A stretch of 61,972 nucleotides of DNA, counting the filler. It is 6 parts of 6 records of this genome, joined end to end, with 100 filler letters (N's around TTAATTAATTAA, not from the genome) between each part and the next. Parts side by side here need not be neighbours in the genome. Positions count along the whole stretch, not along the records: positions 51,051 to 57,130 come from SRR20825010_2604; positions 57,231 to 61,972 come from SRR20825010_2606; 4 more parts are not named here. The stretch is one strand, 5' to 3'. Position numbers and translations under genes: made by a program. Below, piece after piece: positions 51,052-60,546 of this stretch. Under the pieces are notes generated by a model that made no database searches, was not told the origin of the DNA, and saw only the letters and a list, made by a program, of their open reading frames with translations. Each line of letters begins with the position of its first letter. The first letter of the stretch is position 1.

Positions 51052-51771
51052 ATCAAATATTTTGTAGTGTCGGAGAATGAATTGGAAAATGAATACAAAG
51101 TCTTTCCTTCATCCGGACTGGTCATTGGTTTTCAATACAAGGGACAACTTGCTACAATAAAAGAAAATACAGAAAACAAACTGAATTCGGCTGGAATAAC
51201 AGGAATTACTGACAGCTACAAAGTGTTCAAAAATTCGGCAGATATAGGAACTGTTTTGGTTTACTTTACCGAAATTGGTTTTACACATTTTGCTTCACAT
51301 CCAGCCAACGAACTCTTTAATTTAAGCCTTTCGCTTAACGACATTTTTGATAAAAACAGCATAATAGAAGTTGAAGAAAAATTAGCAATTGCCAACCCAG
51401 ACAAACTTCGAATAAAAATCGTTGAACAGTTTTTAGCATCCCAGCTCAAAGACATTCAAACAGACAAATTAATAGTTGAAGCCGTTAAACTTATTTACCA
51501 AAGTAATGGAACTATCCGTATAAAAGAGCTGAATGAAAAGCTATTTATCAGCCAAAGCCCATTTGAAAAGCGGTTTAGAAAAGTGGTTGGAACAACAGCT
51601 AAAAAATTTGCTTCCATTGTTCGCTTCAACACAGTTCTTGACAATCTGAGCGAAACCAAAACACTGTCAGAAATCTGTTACGAAAACAATTTCTTCGACC
51701 AAGCACACTTTATCAAAAACTTCAAACAATTTACGGGCGACACTCCCGAAAACTTCAAACGCTTCTTGTAA
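51052..51771 (+). CDS. AraC family regulator, 5' truncated
   Basis: FEKRFRKVVG, FFDQAHFIKNFKQFTGDTP. Confidence 0.92.
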   Translation: MKYFVVSENELENEYKVFPSSGLVIGFQYKGQLATIKENTENKLNSAGITGITDSYKVFKNSADIGTVLVYFTEIGFTHFASHPANELFNLSLSLNDIFDKNSIIEVEEKLAIANPDKLRIKIVEQFLASQLKDIQTDKLIVEAVKLIYQSNGTIRIKELNEKLFISQSPFEKRFRKVVGTTAKKFASIVRFNTVLDNLSETKTLSEICYENNFFDQAHFIKNFKQFTGDTPENFKRFL

Positions 51772-51948
51772 AAAAACGATTTTTTACAATTACAGGGTTA
51801 TCCATCTTTTCATCTTTGCATTGTAAACTTAATGTAAAGGCATTTGGTAAAATCAACTCTAAGATCGACAATCATATTATTATCAAGTTTGAGCATTATG
51901 GTTGCGTGTAATTCAACAAATCGTTTAACAATTAAAAATCAAGAAAAA

Positions 51949-52338
51949 ATGTTTACAATAACACAAATCAAATCAGCTCACAGCAAAGTAAAATCAGGTG
52001 CGGATTTTCCTTCGTATATCCAAGACCTAAAAAAGTTAGGTGTAACGTACTATGAAACTTTTGTAGCTGATGGACATACCGACTACTATGGAGTAAATGA
52101 TTACAAAATCACATCCCCTGCAAAATATGAGGCATTAACAGTAGCAGAAAAGTCTAACGAAGAACAGTTTAAAACAGACTTAAAAATTCATCAAGATGGC
52201 AAGACCAATTATCCGACTTTCTGTTCTGACTGTGCCAAGTCAGGTATTGAAAAGTGGGCGGTTTGTATGGAAAAAATGACCTGCACTTATTATGACAAAG
52301 CAGGAAATGAAATGTTGGTGGAAGAAATTCCGAAATAA
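51949..52338 (+). CDS. DUF1398 family protein
   Basis: MFTITQIKSAHSKVKSGADFPSYIQDLKKLGV, HQDGKT.Y, CTYYD; possible TTG start at 51844. Confidence 0.85.
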   Translation: MFTITQIKSAHSKVKSGADFPSYIQDLKKLGVTYYETFVADGHTDYYGVNDYKITSPAKYEALTVAEKSNEEQFKTDLKIHQDGKTNYPTFCSDCAKSGIEKWAVCMEKMTCTYYDKAGNEMLVEEIPK

Positions 52339-52344
52339 AAAACT

Positions 52345-52475
52345 GCCTACAACATCAGCTATGACCCCAGCGCCGCTTTTTCCTTCGGAAATCTGTCTTT
52401 TTGTATGGAAAAAAGTCTTAATTTCAGGAAAACGATTTCGGTAAGCGCCGTGGCATAGCTGTAGTCGTTATAGCC
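52345..52475 (+). repeat. attC-like site A (complete hairpin)
   Basis: GCCTACAAC-ATCAGCTATG ... CATAGCTG-TAGTC-GTTATAGCC; starts 6 nt after a stop and ends 15 nt before the next ATG. Confidence 0.7.
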
Positions 52476-52490
52476 AATTAAAACCGCCGT

Positions 52491-52976
52491 ATGTCAGTCT
52501 CTAAAAAAGGAGCAAGAAAGATAACTGTAGAGGGCATTGATTATTTGTTCAAAGTTTCTAAAGTAAAGAAGAAGTCTGATTGGAGAGCAGAAAAAAATGA
52601 GCTAGATGAATCATTTATGAGTTATGCAAGTCAATATGGTCTAGGAAACGTAATGGATGTAACAATAAACATTGTCATTCAGCTTTACAACTTACGTAAA
52701 TCGAGTATGTTTGTTAAGTATCATACAATTCTAGTCGATGGTTTTATGGGAGCTGAACAATTAACACAGATAAAACCAAGCATGGTCGCTCAACTCATTA
52801 GCCATGGATTAGATAACGGATGGAATCCAAATATCGAGGGGGACTTTAGATTAAATTTGGTAGAACAAAGAACGGATAAATTAGAACCGCTAATTCTGGT
52901 ATTACCAAATTCGAATCACCATGATAAAAACTACCAAAACGTTGAAATTCTCTTTGAAATAAAGATTGAACATTAA
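52491..52976 (+). CDS. Hypothetical protein (cassette-like ORF 1)
   Basis: KKGARKITVEG..Y, PSMVA..I..GL..GWNP; no room for a promoter. Confidence 0.75.
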   Translation: MSVSKKGARKITVEGIDYLFKVSKVKKKSDWRAEKNELDESFMSYASQYGLGNVMDVTINIVIQLYNLRKSSMFVKYHTILVDGFMGAEQLTQIKPSMVAQLISHGLDNGWNPNIEGDFRLNLVEQRTDKLEPLILVLPNSNHHDKNYQNVEILFEIKIEH

Positions 52977-53023
52977 CCAAGATTGGTTCAAGCTATAGTA
53001 CATCAGGAAGAAGTACCTAAAAA

Positions 53024-53452
53024 ATGGGAGAACGATTTGAAACTTTTATTACTAGCTTGAGTGACCACGAATTAGTGGTTTATGTTGGTTATCAATATGA
53101 AAGTTTACTTAAGAAATCTCAAGTACGCGTTAGTAAAGAAATAGAGGATCGTGGTCTATCCAAGAAGCAACTTGAAAGGTTGTATAATAAACAATTGGAA
53201 CATACTGAAACAGAATATTTTTGCGAAAGATGTGGCTCTAATAAGTTCTTTAATGATATTGATATTGAGTTTCAAAATAGCGACCACTTCACTTCTGAAA
53301 TTGAGGTTAAAACTAAGAGGTGTCGGATTTGCAACTATAATCCATCAAAAGTAGCTGATAGAAGTTTATTGCATAAGATCAAGAATTTTTTCCTTAGTGA
53401 TCCTAATAAAACCGAAAAGAAAATCAGAACTTATGATTGGTTCGGTAAATAG
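53024..53452 (+). CDS. Hypothetical zinc-ribbon protein (cassette-like ORF 2)
   Basis: CERCGS...CRICNY. Confidence 0.75.
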   Translation: MGERFETFITSLSDHELVVYVGYQYESLLKKSQVRVSKEIEDRGLSKKQLERLYNKQLEHTETEYFCERCGSNKFFNDIDIEFQNSDHFTSEIEVKTKRCRICNYNPSKVADRSLLHKIKNFFLSDPNKTEKKIRTYDWFGK

Positions 53453-53459
53453 TATAAAC

Positions 53460-53650
53460 GCACTATAACATACAACTAACCTCAATCATAGCCCACTTCC
53501 TAATTCATAGGTTCCAGATTGAGATGAAACTGTAAACGCCAATGATAGAAGAACGGTTAAAAAAAGTAATTTTCACAGTAAAAAGTATTGAATTGAACAG
53601 TTATTTAACGCGACGAAATATGGTTTTATTACCATTAACTGCGAATTAAA
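53460..53650 (+). repeat. attC-like site B (left arm intact, right arm degenerate)
   Basis: GCACTATAAC 7 nt after stop; AATCATAGCCCACTTCC nearly shared with site D; right end CCATTAACTGCGAATTAAA. Confidence 0.5.
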
Positions 53651-53684
53651 CATTGAGATTAATAAGGAATTCGAACAATCACTT

Positions 53685-54083
53685 TTATCTTCCTGAAAGA
53701 CTATGTACCATTGGGATCGAATTTAAAAAATCAATCCATTCCTGTAGAATATCAAGGAATTCCTGGATAGGAATGTTTATGTAGTTGGTTCCATTCCAAA
53801 ATGAAACCCTATTTGGTGAAGCAAAAATCTCGGCATGACCATGAAAGCTATATATATCAGATACAAAATTATTCTCTAAACGCTCATCTAAGTTGAAACT
53901 GTTCACTTCATCAATGATTTCCTTAGTGAACTTTGCCCCTCCTTCATTAATGAACTCTGCTAATTCAATGTTTTGAGAATAACCATTCTCGTCAAGTCCA
54001 CATTTCACAAAAGGAAACGGTCCACTCGGTGATGGAACCCGCGTAAATATTAAGTGATATTTCTCTGCCTTGGGGTATTTCAT
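53685..54083 (-). CDS. Hypothetical protein, immunity-protein-like, inverted in array
   Basis: Acidic/aromatic 132-aa ORF ending IPIQEFLDILQEWIDFL. Confidence 0.65.
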   Translation of the reverse strand: MKYPKAEKYHLIFTRVPSPSGPFPFVKCGLDENGYSQNIELAEFINEGGAKFTKEIIDEVNSFNLDERLENNFVSDIYSFHGHAEIFASPNRVSFWNGTNYINIPIQEFLDILQEWIDFLNSIPMVHSLSGR

Positions 54084-54113
54084 GTTCAATCGCGATGATC
54101 AAGATAGAAATAA

Positions 54114-54148
54114 AAGGTATGTTTAGGCAAATGTTAGCAATAATTAAA
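54114..54148 (+). repeat. attC-like site C (right arm only)
   Basis: GGTATGTTTAGGCAAAT-GTTAGCAATA-ATTAAA immediately before ATG 54154. Confidence 0.55.
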
Positions 54149-54153
54149 CGAAC

Positions 54154-54900
54154 ATGAACAAGTCAATTTTGGCACTTTTAGTCTGTTTATTAATCGTGAG
54201 CTGTAGCTCTCGGATTGAGGAGAGTAAAAACGAGCTTCAAAGTCAAGAAAATAAAAGTGAGTCATGGAAATTCGAAAATTACATTGATTCGGTACAAATT
54301 CTATTGACGAATGAATATCAGTTAGATGAATCATTTGGTTATGGAGCCAGCTCTTTCTTAATAAAAGCAAAAGGAGATACCCTTTTATGCACAGCTAAGC
54401 ATCTTTTGGGAGAAGCTATGGGAATAAGCCCAGAAATTAAAACCAATAAGTTTAACTCCAATTTAGGATATTGGAAAGCTTATCCAAGAAATAATAAAAT
54501 TACGAATGATACTATCTCTGTCTCCAAATTGATTACTGAAAAACAGAACGATGTTGATATCATTCTACTCGCTTGTCAACTTGGAAAAGAAAATGCAATC
54601 ATGACACTTACCCCAAGATTTTCAAAACCAACAAAGGAAGAAAGGTTTGAAATAATTGGCTGTGAATATTCTGATACAAAGTGTCATCAACGAAGCTATT
54701 TCGCAACTATGGACTCCTACGAAGGTGGGCAACTACTTCTAAAATCTGAAGTTAAATTTACACCAAGTGGTTTTAGTGGAGCTCCCGTTATAGATTCTAA
54801 GGGATTAGTTATTGGACTCTTATCAGGAGGAGGAGAATTCAACGGAGCACTTTATCTTTCAATTGAACCTCTATCAAAAATTGAAAATTATTTAAAATGA
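54154..54900 (+). CDS. Trypsin-like serine protease lipoprotein (cassette-like)
   Basis: Lipobox IVSC, TAKH, DVDII, GFSGAPV...VIG. Confidence 0.85.
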   Translation: MNKSILALLVCLLIVSCSSRIEESKNELQSQENKSESWKFENYIDSVQILLTNEYQLDESFGYGASSFLIKAKGDTLLCTAKHLLGEAMGISPEIKTNKFNSNLGYWKAYPRNNKITNDTISVSKLITEKQNDVDIILLACQLGKENAIMTLTPRFSKPTKEERFEIIGCEYSDTKCHQRSYFATMDSYEGGQLLLKSEVKFTPSGFSGAPVIDSKGLVIGLLSGGGEFNGALYLSIEPLSKIENYLK

Positions 54901-54902
54901 AA

Positions 54903-54977
54903 TATTGTTAACACAATAGATGAATCATAGCCGACCTCCAGGACGTCAACCATTTTTAGAGCAAATCGTTAGTATTC
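54903..54977 (+). repeat. attC-like site D
   Basis: TATTGTTAAC...AATCATAGCCGACCTCC...TTTAGAGCAAATC-GTTAGTA. Confidence 0.6.
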
Positions 54978-55250
54978 TAGCAGAATTAAAATGCCTCCCG
55001 AAAAATCCCAGACTCCGTTAGTCTACAATTTAGACCAATCCCATTCATTAGATCAATTGGAAAAGAAACTAATGAGGATTTAAACGGAACTCTATCTTCA
55101 CTACCTGCCAAAAAAAATCAACTAAGTCACCCGTAAATGTTGGTGATGTAACATTATGTAACGCCTCTTTTTTGCATTATCATTTTACACGTTGTTAATT
55201 TACACTTAACATTTTCAATTAATGCAATTGCTCCCAAATTATACTACACT

Positions 55251-57130
55251 ATGACCTTAAATTCATCCTTTTCCAAAAGAATAATTTTATCAATTGTATT
55301 TCTTTCATTATACATTTCTTCCGCTTTATCACAATCTGACACACCTTGTGGAGCCCCAGCACTGCCCGTTGGGACATCTTGTTCATACACATTAGGCGAT
55401 GCTGCTGGAGCAACGCGAGCGACCGTAGCGGAAAATGTAGCAGATGCTAATTGCGGTTCTTATAGTCTTCCAACATGGGTGCGTGAAGATACCTGGTTTT
55501 CTTTTGTTGCCCCAGCCAGCGGAACAGTGATTATTGAAACCTTCGCACCTCAGCCAATAGCCTATTCAGATGATTATCCTTATGCAGGAGCCGCAGTTTA
55601 CAGTGGTACTTGTGGCAACTTAACTCAGATGATTTGTGATTATGATGCTGCGCAGAATAACTACCCTGAATTTAACTTAACAGCATTAACACCCGGTGCC
55701 ATTTATTACATCCGTTTTTGGGGAATTAGCAGCACAGTGAAACTTGATAAGACTTACAATATTTGTATTTGGGAACCCGCCCCACCTCCCATCAATGACG
55801 AATGTGCCAATGCTACGTCTGCAGTGGTAAACCCAGGTGTGAACTGTGCTATGAGTACTCCTGGTACAATTCAAGGTGCGACTCAATCACCTCAATCTAA
55901 TTGGTGCGGTGGAACAGTAAACGACGACGTTTGGTTTACATTTGTAGCGACCAATACAACCCATTATTTTAACTTAAACAATATTGCTGGCTCTACTACA
56001 AGTTTAACTTATCAAGTTTTTTCTGGGACATGTGGATCACTTTCGAACGCAACCTGTAATAGTGGAGTAGCAAATGGTCTAACAATAGGTAATACCTATT
56101 ACGTCAGGGTTTGGTCTACAGGAAGCACCTTTGAAACCTCAACTTTTGACTTATGCATCACAAGTCCACCTATTCAGCCGTCCTGTGTAGCAAATCCCGT
56201 TGCAGGAAACACAGCCTGTACAGCAACTCCAATCTGTAATTTGAACGGATATTGCGGAACAACTTCCAGTACCTATTCAGCTAATTATTGGCCAGAACTA
56301 CAAACTCAATTCTGTAATGCAACCATAGAAAATAATTCGTTTCTTACTTTTACAGCCCAAGCTACGACGATTTCCTTTAGTGTTTGGGTATCCAACTGTA
56401 ACCTACCAAATGGGATTCAAATAATGGTTTTTTCTGCCGCAAATTGTGGAAGTGGCCCCGTCACATCGCATACATGCTGGAACCCTGGAAATGTTCCTGT
56501 GGCTCCAACACTTATACAAGCAACTGGACTGACAGTTGGTGACCAATACTACATTATGATCGATGGAAATAGCGGCGCTGTTTGTGACTATGTAATTGGT
56601 GCTAACGAAGGCTTTCAATTACCCGTGGTAGTGTCATCAGTAACCTCTGAAACGAGTATTTGCTTAGGAGAATCTATTGATTTAGTTGCAACTGGAGGAA
56701 CGGGAAACTATACATGGTCGCCATCAACAGGTTTAAATAATACCATTGGTGACACAGTAACATCAACCCCTCTTGCTACGGGCTCGATCACCTATACTGT
56801 AGCGTCAACAATAATCAACTCTGTATGCCCTTCGGCCTCAGGTCAATTTACTTTAACAGTTGGAAACACGGTTTACAGTACCGACACTCAAGTTGGGTGT
56901 GGCTCTTACACATGGATCGATGGCAACACATATACGGCTAGTAATAACACAGCTACTTATACCGTTTTCGGGGGCTCATCCGCGGGTTGCGACTCTATTA
57001 TCACACTCGACTTAACCATATCTAACGGAGCAATTAACAGCACGGATTTTCAAGTTGCTTGTGGATCATATACATGGATTGATGGTATTAACTACACCGC
57101 TAGTAATAACACCGCCACTTTTACCATTGT
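55251..57130 (+). CDS. Large Cys-rich secreted surface protein (likely T9SS substrate), 3' truncated
   Basis: Signal peptide, repeated D.WF.F.A / YY.R.W modules, NDECANA, repeated CGSYTWIDG..YTASNNTAT units. Confidence 0.8.
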
Positions 57131-57230
57131 NNNNNNNNNNNNNNNNNNNNNNNNNNNNNNNNNNNNNNNNNNNNTTAATTAATTAANNNNNNNNNNNNNN
57201 NNNNNNNNNNNNNNNNNNNNNNNNNNNNNN
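57131..57230. other. Artificial contig linker
   Basis: N-run + TTAATTAATTAA + N-run. Confidence 0.98.
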
Positions 57231-57271
57231 CGGACTTCCGTTGCGTGAAGCGGAGAATGGAGCGTCAATCG

Positions 57272-57287
57272 TCAAATTATGGTTAAC
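57272..57287 (+). promoter_or_regulatory. CtrA box upstream of the next (off-contig) cpa gene
   Basis: TCAA-N7-TTAAC; second site TTAA-N7-TTGA near 57307. Confidence 0.5.
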
Positions 57288-57345
57288 GTGAACCTTACAA
57301 AAATGATTAATTCAAAGTTGAACTGTCCCGCGAGGCGCGAAACGC

Positions 57346-57372
57346 AAAAACGCCCCGACCAAAATCGGGGCG
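57346..57372 (-). terminator. Intrinsic terminator after cpaA
   Basis: CGCCCCGA-loop-TCGGGGCG followed by a T-run on the minus strand. Confidence 0.7.
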
Positions 57373-57436
57373 CTATCACGGTTTTGAGCTACTGGAGGCT
57401 TCGGGGCTGGATGTCTCGGGCGACTGGAGTGAGCCC

Positions 57437-57958
57437 CTAGAGCCCCGCCAGCCTGGCGAGCGCCCATTGGACAAAAGGCGTTTCGGGATAGGCGAAGAGG
57501 CCTGCAGTGCCCAATGCAATGCCATAGGGAATCCCCGCCTTGTGATCTGCAAGATTTCGCAACAGGAGATTGTTGACCGACACGTATCCGATATACGAGT
57601 TCCTGAATTTGAGGATCAGGAGTGTGAGGGCGCCCCCCAGGAGCGCTGCGGTCAGAAAATACTGAATGAGAACCGGACTGAACCCAAACCAGATGGCGGT
57701 GGCCGCCATCAGTTTTGCATCGCCGCCACCCATGCCGCCAAAGGCAAAAAGGGCGAAGGTCACGGCCAGAACAACCACGCCTGCTGCCAGATGCAATCCA
57801 ATTTGCGCCCAGTCCATGCCTATCATCGGCGCCGCGACAGCGAAGGTCGCGAGAAGCAATACAGAGACGCGGTTCGCAATGGTCATGGACAACAGGTCCG
57901 AGACCGCGGCAAAAACCATACAGAAGGGAAACACCACAAGAACGATTGCTTCAAGCAT
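57437..57958 (-). CDS. cpaA: Prepilin peptidase CpaA/TadV (A24)
   Basis: SDLLSMTIANR, GGGDAKL, IPYGIA. Confidence 0.92.
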   Translation of the reverse strand: MLEAIVLVVFPFCMVFAAVSDLLSMTIANRVSVLLLATFAVAAPMIGMDWAQIGLHLAAGVVVLAVTFALFAFGGMGGGDAKLMAATAIWFGFSPVLIQYFLTAALLGGALTLLILKFRNSYIGYVSVNNLLLRNLADHKAGIPYGIALGTAGLFAYPETPFVQWALARLAGL

Positions 57959-58100
57959 GCCATGACACCTCAGTTTCCTTTGGATTATCCGGATCGCCGC
58001 TTAAAACTTGATGAACTGACGATTGTGACATCAAACGACGAAGGCCGCTCCTCCATTAGAGAAGCGGCCCCAATCTCTGGAACAATCCAGTCGGACGTTC

Positions 58101-58271
58101 TTAGTTGCCCGGCAGGTCGTCCGCGATGCCCTGGAAGGTGTCGCTCAGCTTGCCGCCGAGTGCGGTGGCGCCAGCAACGATACCAAGAGCGATCAGAGCA
58201 GCCAGAAGGCCGTACTCGATAGCGGTTGCGCCGGACTCGTCTTTCATGAAACGTGCAAACAGATTAGCCAT
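58101..58271 (-). CDS. pilA: Flp type IVb/c pilin (56 aa; below ORF-track cutoff)
   Basis: MANLFARFMKDESGATAIEYGLLAALIALGIVAG; SD GAGGAG. Confidence 0.95.
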   Translation of the reverse strand: MANLFARFMKDESGATAIEYGLLAALIALGIVAGATALGGKLSDTFQGIADDLPGN

Positions 58272-58422
58272 TTGGGAAAACTCCTCTTCCGCGTTTTGTT
58301 CAGCAAGACCGTCAACGTTTTTTGTTGTGTTGATCGGATGGCCTGACCATACGAGGGAGCTCTTTCAACCTGCTTAAGAAACACCCTTACCAAAACCTTG
58401 CCGCCTCAAAGCGCGGGTGTTG

Positions 58423-58538
58423 GTTAACATGTTCATAAAGCACGGGGCCGCACGCGGTTCGCCAGAACACTTTATATATATAATCGGAAATGCTGCCGCC
58501 TTCGCACCTGTTCGGCCGGCACTTAACCCTTGGTTCAC
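58423..58538. promoter_or_regulatory. CtrA-box cluster in the divergent pilA promoter
   Basis: GTTAA-N7-ATAA (58423-58438) and TTAA-N7-TTCAC (58523-58538). Confidence 0.55.
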
Positions 58539-58583
58539 CAATCAGGTTCATACTCTCTTCAGCTTGACGTGGGGAGCAGGGTG

Positions 58584-59024
58584 ATGCGCGCCGTATTTTC
58601 CAAAACCGGAACTGCCTTGAAAACAGTCTGCCTGACCGCCGGTCTGGTTGCACTGCCGGGAATCACCTCGGCAAATGAGGCGGCAATCGAAGTCGTGATG
58701 AACCAGGCGAAAATCGTCAAACTCGCGCGAGAGGCCGACACGATCGTTATCGGCAACCCCGAGATCGCTGACGCGGCCGTACAGGACGCCACGACGATCG
58801 TTCTCACGGGCAAGGGGTTTGGTGTCACCAATCTCGTCGTCCTCGACATTGACGGCCAACCCATAGTCGATGAACAGATCATGGTCAGCCGGCAGTCCGC
58901 CAGTTCCGTACGCATTTACCGCCGCGCGAACGTCCAGACGCTTTCCTGTACTCCTTACTGCGAGAGCTCATACAAGACTGATGCGGAGCGGGCCTCGGAA
59001 GCCGAGATCAGCGCCAACCAGTAA
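58584..59024 (+). CDS. Pilus assembly protein with secretin N-terminal-like domain
   Basis: IVIGNPEIADA, LTGKGFGVTNLVVLD, LSCTPYC. Confidence 0.85.
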   Translation: MRAVFSKTGTALKTVCLTAGLVALPGITSANEAAIEVVMNQAKIVKLAREADTIVIGNPEIADAAVQDATTIVLTGKGFGVTNLVVLDIDGQPIVDEQIMVSRQSASSVRIYRRANVQTLSCTPYCESSYKTDAERASEAEISANQ

Positions 59025-59180
59025 GTCATGCGAGAACGCGGGGCTGGCGGCGCTCGAACAGGCCGAACAAGGTTTGCAAAGCGTAAACCAAAACCCCGCA
59101 ATTTGACCTGCAGTCAAAACCGGAATGCAACCGGGGCTGGTTATAGTCCTCCCTGACAACGCACACTTCAGGGGCCAGTT

Positions 59181-59729
59181 ATGGACGATCAGACAAAAGG
59201 CAAAGCGTGCCGCGCGCCGAACCGGCGCCGCGTGCTGGGCCGGTTCATCAAGAACCAGGAGGGCGTGGCGGCCATCGAGGTCGCCTTTCTCGGTCTTCCG
59301 TTCTTCTTTCTGATCTTTGTGATTCTGGAAGCCTGCATCGGCTTTGCGGCACAACAACTGCTTGCGAACGCAACGGACGACGTTGCGCGATTATTCCGTA
59401 CCGGACAGGTGCGCAGCAGTGAATTGAACGAGACGAAGCTGCGCGATCTGCTATGCGACCGCATGTCCATACTAATGTCGGAGACCTGTCCCGGCCTTGA
59501 GGTCGATCTGCGGCAGTTCGACACTTTCGAAGACGCGGCCAAGTCGAGCCTCGGCTTCAATGACGACGGAAGTATCGATACGAAAACCGATCTGGGCCCC
59601 GCACTGACGAAGAACATGATGCGTGTTTACTACCGCTGGCCGGTGCTCACAAACCTGCTGGCGGACCGGCTTCCTGACGGCAAGCTTCTGCTTTTCTCAT
59701 CAAACACCTGGCAAAACGAGCCGTTCTAA
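59181..59729 (+). CDS. TadE-like pseudopilin
   Basis: EGVAAIEVAF followed by TM, AR..RTGQ, NEPF end. Confidence 0.88.
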   Translation: MDDQTKGKACRAPNRRRVLGRFIKNQEGVAAIEVAFLGLPFFFLIFVILEACIGFAAQQLLANATDDVARLFRTGQVRSSELNETKLRDLLCDRMSILMSETCPGLEVDLRQFDTFEDAAKSSLGFNDDGSIDTKTDLGPALTKNMMRVYYRWPVLTNLLADRLPDGKLLLFSSNTWQNEPF

Positions 59730-59761
59730 CTGTTGGCAATAGGTCGTTGGGGGACCAGGCA

Positions 59762-60394
59762 ATGACAATCGATCAAAACAAACCGACCGCCGTGAAAGCC
59801 GGCTTCTTGTCCACTCTAGGGGACTTTGCGCGCAACAGGCGGGGCGTGGCTGCGATCGAGTTCGCCATCATCGCGCCCATCCTTTTTGCGATGTACTTTC
59901 TGACTTTGGAGTTCGGTCAGGCGATCGACGTCAACAAGAAGCTCAGTCGTGCTGCCAACATGGCAGGTGACCTTGTAGCGCAGCAGCCTTCGATCACCGC
60001 GAGTGAGGTCGATGCCGTCATGAAGATCGGCAGCGCCATCATGAAGCCCTACAATCGGTCGATGCCGACGATGACACTTACCGCGATCGAGGTTACGGAC
60101 GAGACAACTCCGAAGATCAAGGTGGTCTGGTCGCGCGAGTTGAAAAATGGGACGGCTTCCCCCGGCCTTCCCAAAGGCAGCACCACCACGCTGCCCGCCG
60201 AACTGAACATCAAAGGGGCGTTCTATATCCGCGCCACCGCAGCGCTCGGCTACAAGCCCATTCTTACCTGGTCGAAGGATGGCGCTAAATCCACCGGCCT
60301 TACGGCCATGGCGGGCCTTGACAATCTGCAGATGAGCGAACGGTTCTACCTGCGCCCGCGCATGAGCAGCACCATCCCCTGCGACGATTGCTGA
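59762..60394 (+). CDS. TadE/TadG-like pilus assembly protein
   Basis: RGVAAIEFAII, GDLVAQ, YLRPR. Confidence 0.88.
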   Translation: MTIDQNKPTAVKAGFLSTLGDFARNRRGVAAIEFAIIAPILFAMYFLTLEFGQAIDVNKKLSRAANMAGDLVAQQPSITASEVDAVMKIGSAIMKPYNRSMPTMTLTAIEVTDETTPKIKVVWSRELKNGTASPGLPKGSTTTLPAELNIKGAFYIRATAALGYKPILTWSKDGAKSTGLTAMAGLDNLQMSERFYLRPRMSSTIPCDDC

Positions 60395-60442
60395 CAGGCT
60401 ACGAGGCCGCGCACAGGCTCAAAGCCCGACCCAGGGGCAATC

Positions 60443-60546
60443 CAGCACGCCTTCTATCCGAAGAATGCATACGGAACGTTCTTTCTCCCGGTTTGTCCGC
60501 ATCTATGGTGAGATCGGGTGATTCCACCGCATCGTAAAATGCTCTA
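60443..60546 (-). repeat. Possible degenerate Rhizobiales intergenic repeat (RIME/MITE-like)
   Basis: Minus strand TAGAGCATTT...GGTGGAATCACC...ATGCGG resembles dispersed TAGAGC-bounded elements, from memory; single copy in window. Confidence 0.35.

Noticed and set aside
52339-54980. CRISPR array interpretation of the repeats
   Set aside because: Repeats are divergent and variable in length, are separated by whole genes, and no cas genes are present.
56880-57130. Direct repeat as DGR template/variable pair
   Set aside because: In-frame protein repeats (CGSYTWIDG..YTASNNTAT) with differences not confined to adenines; no reverse transcriptase present.
6282-57230. Five TTAATTAATTAA motifs within N-runs, and any gene linkage across them
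   Set aside because: Identical 100-nt artificial spacers; composition and taxonomy change at each one, so no cross-fragment system can be inferred.
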